This document shows, piece by piece, positions 40,833-51,378 of a DNA stretch of 64,000 bases. This DNA is from Octopus vulgaris (lineage: Eukaryota). Numbering within the stretch: the first letter of the stretch is position 1; every line of letters starts with the position of its first letter. The stretch covers positions 61,752,001 to 61,816,000 of the forward strand of contig OX597819.1 of the NCBI GenBank assembly GCA_951406725.2, given 5' to 3'. The position numbers and the translations under genes were made by a program. Under the pieces are notes generated by a model that worked only from the letters and a program-made list of their open reading frames with translations, was not told where the DNA came from and did not search any database.

Positions 40833-42951
40833 TATTACAATGACTATTTCTTTTTCCTTTGCATCACCCCACGACATTCCTTAACTCTTTTAATTTCAGC
40901 CCATCTGAAACCACTCCTGGTTTTATGATACAAACACTCCATTTTAAAGTGATCTCAATTAAAACCTTCCATAAAAATTTTGTGTCAGTTTATGTTACAT
41001 ACACTTTACTATATTTACTATATTCTTCGTTATTCTCAAAATCATTTGAAACAAAGGCATATATTTCAACAGAAATGTGATAGCAAAATGGTTTATTCCT
41101 TACTTATTATATTTCCAAGTAATCTACACTTCTTTTTCTGTCATTACAAAGGATGTATTGTCTATTAGGTCCTGCATACTAAACATCTGATTTCACCCAC
41201 CATTGTTGCTGTTAGTGCTAAATATTAACTAAACATATTGTACTAGACTCACTCAGTTGTACCTCTTAAGTCTTAGAAGTGTCTACTTAATGTAAAACAA
41301 TAACACTTGTTTGCATAGGTTTTTTTTTTTGTTTAGTTTTTTTTTTTCACAATGACATAAGTCCTTGGGTAATTCTGTAAAGCTTGTTTGTCTCTTAAAA
41401 TCCTGTCTACCTTCATAAATGGGTTTGTTTGTATTCATATGTGTTAGACAAAGCGATCTCCACAACATCACAGTTAACAATGATGTTAAATTTCCATTAT
41501 TTGTATTTTTATACTAATTCAACTAAATAACGAAAAGATAAAGTAATAGCTTCTGGAGCAATTAGTGTGTTTCTTTTAATTTTTTAATTTAATTTTCTGA
41601 CTAGAACACCAGATACTATCTTGGTTGTTTACATAAAATAGTTTAACAGTTTTGTTTCCATATTTCTTTTTATCTTCCATTTTTACTTGCTTTAGTCATT
41701 GGATTGCAGCCATACTGAGGTATTGGTTTGAAAAGCTTTAGTCAAACAAATTGGCCCCAGTGTCTGTTTATTTGTTTGATACTTATTCTATCACCATTTT
41801 TTTGCCAAACCACTAAGATTCTACTGGGTGTTTTGAATATAAATTAATGTGAAATGTTTTAATTTAGATCCCTTAAAAACAGGAAGTTTGAATCACAAAC
41901 CCAGGGAAGGGCTGCCTCAGGCAAGTTAATATTAAAGGGTTAATAGTGTAGCAGAGTTGTAAGTTTTTCTGAGATATTTGCTCTCATACGTGCTTAATGT
42001 AGTCACCATGGCTCTCTGTAAGTGAATTTTGTTTTATGAGTCGCAAAATATTATTTTCCCCATTGTTTCATGCTAAATTGTTTCGTCTTATTAGATGAAG
42101 AAAAATAACCGACACAGTTTTGTTCTGTTTTGTTTGTTGCTTTTTTTTCTCTAGTTTTTACTTTATTTATTTGATTACCTTGTAAACATACAAGCACAAA
42201 AGCAAAATATAGATTTTTTTGTTTTGTTTGGGCAGTGTATTTATGTGAATGCATTATAAACATGTAGGAAATGAAACTAATGTAAACTTGCGTGTTATTG
42301 CTTGTGTACTTATAAAATTTCTCACACAGGAAATTTCAGTCAATTAATAACACAATTTGTTTCTTGTATATTGAATTAAGTAGGTTATAGAACATGATAG
42401 CTTTCTCATATATATATAGTGATGATGATATATACATACACGTATGTGTGTGTGTGAATATATGTATATGTAGAAGTGTTTTGGAAGGAGTAAAAGAGGA
42501 GGAAGGGATTGCTTTGGATACTCATTAGATAAACAAGAACTAGATTCTTTTACTTCATATCGGTTTCAGTAATAGATATTTCCTTAGTTTTGTTGATAAA
42601 CTGATATAATCCTCCTCCTCCTCATCATCATCACCATCATCGTTGTTTTAATGTCCACTTATCCATGCTCTCATGGGTTAGATGGAATTCTTTTGGGATG
42701 TCCTTCCTGTTATCAACCTTCACCTGTTTCCAAGTAAGGTGCAATTTTTCCATGGCTAGACATGTTTTCACCAAAGACAGGAAACAAAGAACATCACTTG
42801 TAAGAGGGTGACATTTGTTTACTGCACAGTGCCAAGATACCCCCCACCCCCCGTGCACACAAACTCCCAAGGTTTTAGTCAGCCCAAGGCCAATGTACCT
42901 CACAGTGGAACTGAACTTGGAACCATGTGGTTGGGAATCGAATCTCTTAAC

Positions 42952-43197
42952 CAGAGCTGTGGAGTTGGAAACAATTAAGGAGTCGGAGTCGGTAAAACTA
43001 TACTGACTCCGACCCACAATGTCTTTATTCTTTAATATAAACCAGTTATAACATATAGGCCTACTCAAAGTACAAGCATATGCTTTATGAGATATATAGA
43101 CCATAATCACTTAATTACAGAAAGAGGAGTCGGAGTCAGAGGTGCCAATAGTAGAGGATTCGGAGTCAAAGGTTTTTGTTTCGACTCCACAGCCCTG
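42952..43197. mobile_element. hAT-type MITE inserted in the head of a minus-strand family H SINE (~42618-43217)
   Basis: TIRs CAGAGCTGTGGAGTTGGAAACA / TGTTTCGACTCCACAGCCCTG; perfect 8-bp TSD CTCTTAAC (42944-42951, 43198-43205); subterminal GGAGTC repeats. Confidence 0.9.
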
Positions 43198-43721
43198 CTC
43201 TTAACCACACAACTATGATATATTTAAGTGAAATGGTGTTAAACTGAAAGATCTTTTTTTTTTTTATGTTGCTTAACTCTTTTGAATTCTGCAGGTGTTT
43301 GCAAACCTTGCATATCACAAGTCTTGCAATATGTAAATATCTTATTATAAATGAACCCAAAATACATTAGTAATCTTTCAGTTTCTCTAGTGATCTGTAC
43401 ACTTTCAAATACGATTTCCTTTCAATGCTTTTGGACATTTTCTGTGAGATTTCATTAACTGGCTTAGGTAACCTATTGGTATTATTTGAAACTCTATACC
43501 TATACAATATTCAATTTAGATAGTTTCTATATTTAGAGAATGGAGTCTTATAAAGAAACCATTAAATGTATCAAAAGACAAATTCTGACTTGAGCATTTT
43601 CTCTATAAAATGTTTCCCAAAGTTTGTGACATCCTTTGTTAAAGAGCTATACACCTCCTCCCCACCTTCTCAGTAAGTAAATTTAGTTTTTCATTTATTT
43701 ATATTAGGAGTTTATTTATAG

Positions 43722-43865
43722 CTTGGCTGTGTGGTAAGAAGATAGTTTCAGGTTCAGTCCTACTACTGTACACCTTGGGCAAGTGTCTAGTACTATAATC
43801 CTAGGCTGACCAAAGCCTTGTGAGTAGATTTGGTAAATGGAAACGGTGTAACAACCCCCTTCCTC

Positions 43866-43896
<31 letters not shown>

Positions 43897-44143
43897 GTCT
43901 CCTTGCCTTGACATTGCATAATAGTTATAAATAGGTGTCACTGTCAGGCAAATAGTGTCCCTCATTTCCAATCTTCCATGAAAACATGTCTTGTTATGGG
44001 TAAATATCATCTTGCTTGGAAACAGGTGGAGTTTGCCAACAAGAAGGGCATCTGGTCGTAGAAAATCCACTGCAGCAAATTCTGTCCGACCCATACAAGC
44101 ATGGGAAACTGGACGTTAAAACAACGATGATGTTGATGATGAT
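43722..44143 (+). mobile_element. Family H head + (TG)n + (GAT)n RTE-like tail
   Basis: Head TGGCTGTGTGGTAAGAAG; tail ends GGACGTTAAAACAACGATGATGTTGATGATGAT. Confidence 0.8.
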
Positions 44144-44671
44144 TACAGCATGAAGCTGTTTAACAGAATTCCCCATTAATCTGGTTACTGATGTCAGTTT
44201 CTTAACATTGATTCATTGAAACAAGGCAGCATATTTTGTCGGGTAAGAATATACTTGATTTAATCATCCCCCCAGGTCTAAAGTAGTTCTTTATTTTCAT
44301 CAACCTCGGAAGGATGAATGGCAAAGTTGACCTCAGCTGGATTTGAACCAAGAAGCTAAAGGATTGGCTGCAATGCATTTTTGACCGATAATGTAATGAC
44401 TCCCCTACTTTGTTACCTTCTTGTTACTGGTATTAAAATTCTTTATAAGCTTAGCCCTTTGCCCCTGTTTTAAAGGGCTTCCTTCTAAATTCCATGTCAG
44501 TTAATGTTCCAGTTGCCAACTTTATAATGACCAAATTATTTTACTAAATTTCATCATTGTTTTCAAAATTAATTGAAATAAAGGTAATCAATTTAAACAG
44601 AAATTTTGTAAAAGCGTCAAGTGATTTGGAACAATTTCTACATGCAAACTATGTTTTCTAGTTCTATTTTT

Positions 44672-45203
44672 TTATTACCTCCGCCTTAAAAATCCCCTCC
44701 AGTTAATTGTTGAGAGGACGTTGGTGTTGCATTGGTGAAGGTTTGCGCTCTCTAAGTGCTCTTATTATTATTATTACCTCCACTTTAGCGAAGGCAGAGG
44801 TATTGTTTTCAGTCGTGTTTGTTTGTTTGTCCATGGACAAGATATCTCAAGAACCGCTGGATGGGTTTGGATGAAACTTTCAGAAATGTTTGGCTTCATG
44901 ACTGGCACAAACTAATTAGATTTTAGGATCGATCCAGTATTTTCTTTACATATATATGTAAAGTTTCATATAGTTCTCTTGTACACATACACACACATTT
45001 TCAGCATTGAACATAACCATTGTACACACACACACACACTTACCTCTCTTTTACATGCACACATACCCACACTTTAAATGCCGTTTATCGGCTTTTTCAC
45101 TCCTTCCTTCATTATTCATCTATCACCCCTTCCTTTCTCATTCATATGACACTCTCTTTGCCATTTATCTCCTCTACCTTCACCTCTCACTCAAGATCTA
45201 TTT

Positions 45204-45260
<57 letters not shown>

Positions 45261-46000
45261 TTTATTTAAAGCAGCAGAAAATTCAACAAAACCTGTTACT
45301 CTGAGTTTCCCATTGCCGTTCATTGGACAGTTTTTGCTAGCAAATGATAATAATAATAATAATAATAACAAGAGCACTCAGAGAGCGCAAACCTCTGCCA
45401 AGGCAACACCAATATCTTCTCAACGATTAACCAGAGACGATTTTTAAAATGAGAATATTTGAAATAAACTTGATTGCTCTCACAAATGAGAATACTAATA
45501 ATGAACTTGACTGCTCTCAAAACCAAAACCTCTCATGATATTCATTGAAGGATTTTATTTCCGTTATTCTCATTTAAAAAATCATCTCCGGTTTATCATT
45601 GAGAGGATGTTAGTGTTGTGTCGGTGGAGGTTTGCACTCTCTGAGTGCTCTTATTATTTCCTCCGCCTTCGCTAAAACGGAGGTATTGTTTACACATGTT
45701 TGTTTGTTTGTTTGTCCATGGACAAGATATCTCAAGAACCGCTGGATGGATTCGGATGAAACTTTGAGGGATATTTAACCACATGACTGGCTTGATCCGG
45801 TACCAGACAAGGATTCTGGGTTATTCTTCCTGTTTTTTTCACTTAATGTTTGAGAGCAGTCAAGTTCATTATTAGTATTCTCATTTGTGAGAGCAATCAA
45901 GTTTATTTCAAATATTCTCATTTTAAAAATTGTCTCTGGTTAATCGTTGAGAAGATATTGGTGTTGCCTTGGCAGAGGTTTGCACTCTCTGAGCGCTCTT
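44672..46000. mobile_element. Cluster of non-autonomous Helentron/DINE-1-like elements (five whole or partial copies, one inverted)
   Basis: 5' TTATTACCTCCGCC with adjacent inverted GGCGGAGG-like repeat, (GTTT)n tract, and 3' GG(C/T)(G/A)GAGGTTTGC(G/A)CTCTCTGAGTGCTCTT stem-loop end, inserted in TTA runs. Ends at ~44762, 45651, 46000 (+) and 45370 (-). Confidence 0.7.
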
Positions 46001-46004
46001 GTTA

Positions 46005-46050
<46 letters not shown>

Positions 46051-46620
46051 GGCAGCAAAATGACAAGAATTATTAGCATATTGGACAAAATGCTTAGCAG
46101 CTTTACATTTTTAGTTCAGATGCCTCTGAGGTCAACTTTATCTCTCATCTTTTCAGCATTATGAAAATAAATGCCAGTTAAGCTCTGGGGGCAATGTGAT
46201 CAACTTCACCTCCCCTTAAGGTGTCAAGCTGGCAGAATCATTACTGCGCTAGACAAAATGCTTTGCAGCATTTCATCTGTTTTTACATTCTGAGTTCAAA
46301 TTCTGCTGAGGTCACCTTTGCTTTTCATCCTTTCTGGCTCAGTGAAATAAGTACCAATTATTCACTGGGGTTGATGTAATAGACTAGCCCCCTCCCCACA
46401 AATTTTATTATCATTATTATCATCACCATCAAGGTAACGAGCTGGCAGAATCGTTAGCATGCTAAACGAAATGCTTAGTGGTATTTCGCCTGTCGCTACA
46501 TTCTGTGTTCAAATGCCACCAAGGTCAACTTTGCCTTTCATCCTTTTAGGGTCAGTTAAATAAGTACCAGTTATGCACTAGGGTCAATGTAATCGACTTA
46601 ATCCCTTCCCCCAAATTTGA
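46051..46620 (+). mobile_element. Three head-to-tail family M SINEs (~46051-46215, 46218-46405, 46431-46620)
   Basis: Three repeats of GGCAG..AGAAT..TTAGCA..AAATGCTT..GTTCA..GAGGTCAACTTT..TCATCCTTT..GTACCA. Confidence 0.8.
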
Positions 46621-48300
46621 AAGGATTATTATCATCACATCACTTCAAAAACCTATTGTAGGAAACTTCTGCTTCTCTGTTTTAGAGACACTGCTTTCAT
46701 GAAAGATTAAATCTACTTTTTGCAATGTGTTTCTTGATATTAGTGAAGGCTTCTTTCTTCATATCACAAATAGTTTTTCAAAATGCCAGACATTTTATTG
46801 TGAAATGGAAAGTAGAGTGATGTTATTTAACACATGACATAATTGCCTCTGGCAGACCCTGTAAGAACCTCTATCCGCCTGGTCACATACTTCCTTTTTT
46901 ACTGTTGGGGATGGGGATGTCTTTAGAGTTTGTCATCAACATTTTTCTCTGTCTTTACAAATCAAGGGAATTACTGCCACATATCTAAACTGAAATGGAA
47001 ATAAATTAACAAGTGACTTCTTTATACTTCCAGCCAAAATTATGTTTTCAGTAGATATTTAGCTTAACAGTAAGTTTTATAAATATCTTGTAAACACCTT
47101 TTATGCTCCTCATTTTTTTTAAAGTCTGTCAGTATCTGTTTTTCATCACAAAAGACAACAAACTTATCAGTCATTTTAGAGATTGATCCAATCATAACTT
47201 TTTTAAAAGGTATTGAGAATATATTCCTGTCTTCTTCCTGAACAGGCTTCTCTTACTCAACTTCTTTTTTAAATATATTTCATCTCAGTTGATAAAAATA
47301 TGTACTATTTTCTAGTTAGTATCTTCTTAGTTTTTTACTTCATCTACGAGCTGGTTAAAATGAGTTGTACCCATAATTCAAAGGGCCAGCCCCGTCACAT
47401 TCTGTGCCACACTGAATCTCCCTGAGAACTACGTTCACTGTATGCATGTTTGTGGAATGGTCAATCATTTGCAAGTTAGTTTCATGAGCAGGTTGTTCTG
47501 TTGATCAGATTAACTAGAACAGTTGTTACTGTAACCAATGGAATGCCAGTTATTCTAATCCTTAACTTGGTACCAGGATCCTTTTTATGACCTGTATACT
47601 TTTTACTAAACCTTTATTTTGAATCAAGCTTGTCATTTCTATTTAAGAACTAGAATCAAATTACTGTAATTATCAACTTTATATTTCCAAAAGTACTACC
47701 GAGTCCGAAAGTTGGCCTGTAATCATCAATTATCAAGGAATGAATTCAATATCTTTGGAAAGGCTTTAAGAACACTTTTTTTTTTGAGGTGCTCTTATAA
47801 ACACTAATAATGTATAAGCTTCCAGGAATTGATAAAATCTTGTACACTTTAGATTTGTTTAATCTGTGTTGGTCACATTATGAAAAACGTTCTCATCTTC
47901 AATAAAAAGTTTTTCTTTTTTGAGGAGGCATTTCCTGGTTCTTCAAGCACTTCTAAATCATTTGACTTGCTTTCATAACTATAAAAGTTTGTTTCAAATT
48001 TATGAATCCCTTACAAACTGTAGTTTAACAAAGAGTATATGAATAGTTGTATTAGCTCATAGCAAGTAATATTTCTTGAATAGATTATGAAATTATCATA
48101 ATTAGTATTTTTTGTTTTCTGTTTAGTGTTAGCAACTGCACACTGCTGGTTAATGTTATTAGATCCAAACACCTATTGATGTAATTTAACCCTCTCAGCT
48201 TACACAGGAAGTATCTTTTTAATTACTAGAACCACATTATTAAAAAATAATTCCCATGGTAAGCATTGTTTCATTTAGGTTTTAGTATAATTATATAGTG

Positions 48301-48596
48301 TGGCGGCACATGGCCTAGTGGTTAGAGCAGCGGACTCGCTGGTTCGAATCTCAGACTGGGTGATGTGTGTGTTTATGAGTGAAACACCTAAGCTCCATGC
48401 AGCTCTGGCAAAAGGTAATGGTGAACATCTGCTGACTTTTTTGCCACAACCTTCTCTTACTCTTTCTTCCTGCATCTTGCAACTCGCCTGTGATGGACCG
48501 GCGTCCCATCCAGGTGAGGAACCTATATGCTAAGGAAACTGGGAAACCAGCCCTTATGGGCCAGGCATGGCTCGAGAAGGAACAACAATAATAATA
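48301..48596 (+). mobile_element. tRNA-derived SINE, family A
   Basis: TGGCCTAGTGGTTAG (box A), GGTTCGAATC (box B), tail GGCTCGAGAAGGAACAACAAT(AAT)n; ATAGTG repeated at both flanks. Confidence 0.9.
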
Positions 48597-49688
48597 ATAG
48601 TGATGTAGTAAGTAATATCTAGTACAAGGTTCAGATATGGCTATGCAGTTAAAAAGTTTGCTTTCTGACTACATAGCTTCAAGTTCACTCCCAATGCATG
48701 GCACATGAAGCAAGTCTTCTACTATAGCTCTGGGTTGACCAAAGTGAATTTAGTAGACTGAAACAGAAAGAAGTCTGTCGTGTGTACTGTGTCTCGTCTT
48801 GACATCACATTATAGTTGTAATCAAGCATCACCATCATATAGACAGTGTCATTTGTTTCCAGTCATCCATGTAAACATGCCTCAACATGGAAAATTTACT
48901 TTATCTGAGACTTTGAAATAAGTGAGGGTTGGTAACAGGAAGAACATCCAGTTGTTTAAAGGGTAAAAAACTCTGCTTCTGTGAATTCCATTTAGCTCAT
49001 GCAAAAATTGAAAAGTGGATGTTAAAACAATGATTTGACGACATATCTTATACAATGTTACACTGCAGTGGACACTGCTTTTCATTTTTTTTCTCTTTTT
49101 TACAACTAATCCTTTTTATATACTAATGCCCCACTGAGAAATAAGCCCTGTGAGGTGGAAGAGCAGCTGCTGCAGCGAGTGTTGCTGACCTTTCTCCATG
49201 CAATGCCTTTGCAATCATGCCCACAAGATGTGGCTAAACACGCCATTTTGTTGTAGGTTGTACAACCTGTTCCTCTCTCCCACCATCTTCTGCTGATTAA
49301 CCCCCCCATACACACCTTTTTTCCTTTTTCTTTGTTTCCTAGAAGTAATTATGGAGGGTTTTTCTCAATAATTTGATCTGTTATTCTTTTATGTTGTTTC
49401 TCCTTGCTTTTCTTCCTCTTGAAATATGTTGTTAATAAAATCAAAGTCTATAATCTACAATTGAAAATCATTGTATGGACTTATTCTTAGCTTCAACTGT
49501 TGTATATGTAACATTCAAAGCTAAACATCCATTGTTGTATAATATGTTTTGCTTTTGTGTTGTTAAATATTGTTGTTAGTTACTGCATTATCAAGAGATA
49601 AGGGTAGCGGTAGGCTGAGTCAATAGTGTTGACCTACTGCCTGAAGGTTAATTTGGTTTTTAACCTCTCGTTGACACTGTATTTCTAG

Positions 49689-49750
49689 AAAGAGTACTAA
49701 ACTTTCAGTGGCCCCTGTACCCACACGACTGTAACCGAAATAGTAAACAG
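49689..49750 (+). other. Candidate micro-exon (62 nt; RVLNFQWPLYPHDCNRNSKQ)
   Basis: CTGTATTTCTAG| acceptor, CAG|GTAAAT donor, one open frame, inside a CpG-retaining unique island. Confidence 0.25.
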
Positions 49751-51039
49751 GTAAATACTCCATGTCAATACGATTCCGTCCAACTAATGTTTTGTTGGTT
49801 TGTAGTATTGAGCTCAAAGTTCTCGTGGCTATAGCTTGGAGAGGTACAAAGCTTACAAGATTGATTTACCCCAGATAGGACTAACTTAGAGAAGCAAGAC
49901 TTCAGTGATGTCCCACAACCCAATTTGCCTTCAAACTATGTGTGATATGTATCCATGTTGAATGTTTATTATATCTTTTGCATCTCTAAGTCACAACTCC
50001 AGCTCAGTATTAAAGCCAGATGTTGAAGCAACTGAAATACATAGAAATTTATAAATAAGAAAAGAAATTACTAGAAAAGTTAACAGTGCATGGGAAAATA
50101 TTAGCGCTGTTAAATTTGGGTTTGAAACTTAACGTTTTTTTAATGTCTGTTACATCAGTTTTACTCTCAGATAAATTGAAACAAAATTTCTATTTTAGAT
50201 AGAAAAGTCTTGTGTTATTTTGGGTTTTTTTACATCAGTTTCTATTAAAATTCTTGTCTTTTGTAATATTCATTTAAAAAAACTTTAAGCAATAATTTAT
50301 GATGTTAGTCTATCAAAATAGTTTGTGTGTTTACACTTATTTTGTAAAACACTCTACAATTTGTTCAGCTTATCCTATTAATAAGAATACATTTGAAGTT
50401 AGTAATTAAAGAACTTCTCTAAATCAAGATATATTATTTAGAAAAATGTCTTGATTTATCTTGTCCACACAAATGCTAATTGTCTCACAGTCTGTTGACT
50501 ATTATCATAATATAGTAATGTCTTTAGCATTAGTCAAACATAGTTGGTTCCAGAATGCTTGTCATTTTCTTTTTCACCCACAGTTACTCTTAACTATTTG
50601 TTAATCCACAAACTTACAAAACAACCAATAACATCGTAAACAAGCTGTTTTCTCCAGTAAAGTCTCTTTCTTCAAACATTCTTCATAACTATAGCTTGTT
50701 TATATCTTATTGTCCGTCCACTCATCTTAACCACTTTGTACTGTATTTAATGGCATAAAAAAATACACTGGCATATGAAATGCACACCAATTTCAGCAGT
50801 GTATATTCAGGGGAAATGGTCTTTAATGCATTAAATCATGTAATAAAGGTTCAACTTTGCACATAGGACCCAGGGTGATTTTTTTTGTTTTTTTTTTTAG
50901 ACTTTTTTTGAGTTTTTTTCACCCCCTACATTTAATATTTTTGCTTCAGTTTCCAGTTCTGTGTTTTACAAAAAATCTTAGATCATGTGTTTAAAATGGC
51001 AGTAAGTGTAGGACAGGAAAATAGAAAAACGTATCACAT

Positions 51040-51378
51040 AGGCACAGGCATGGCTGTGTGGTTAAGAAGCTCTCATTGTAACCACATCATTTCAGGTTCA
51101 GTCTTATTGCATGGCACCTAGTCTTCTACTGTAGCTTCAGGTTGGCTAATGCCTTGTGAGTGGATTTGGTCTGTGTTTGTCCCTCCTCACCACCTGACAA
51201 CTGCTATTGGATTGTTTGCATCCCCGTAACTCAGCAGTTCAACAAAACAGACTGATAGACTAGTACCAAACTAAAAAATTAGTACTGGAGTCAGATTTGT
51301 TCAACCAAAACCCTTCCAAGTGGTGCCCCAGCATGCTTGCAGTCCATTGTCCACTGACTGAAATAAGTAAAAGATAAG
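51040..51378 (+). mobile_element. Family H SINE (tail X), lacking the central microsatellite
   Basis: GGCACAGGCATGGCTGTGTGGTTAAGAAG head joined directly to the CTGTGTTTGTCCC.. tail. Confidence 0.75.

Noticed and set aside
43293-43342. G-U-rich hairpin with TATCACA (miR-2 seed-like) sequence
   Set aside because: Short interrupted stem; the seed-like motif is in the loop and the rest does not match miR-2.
45320-46164. Near-identical peptides on opposite strands (RAVKFIISILICESNQ...)
   Set aside because: Artefact of the inverted repeat, not a duplicated gene.
47034-47069. Segment with good acceptor and GTAAGT donor
   Set aside because: Stops in all three frames; could only be non-coding and has no other support.
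48301-48360. tRNA-like sequence
   Set aside because: SINE head: the cloverleaf is incomplete and runs directly into SINE body.
49690-49711. Similarity to the U3 snoRNA 5' end (ACTAAACTTTCAG)
   Set aside because: Downstream U3 boxes A, B, C and D not found.
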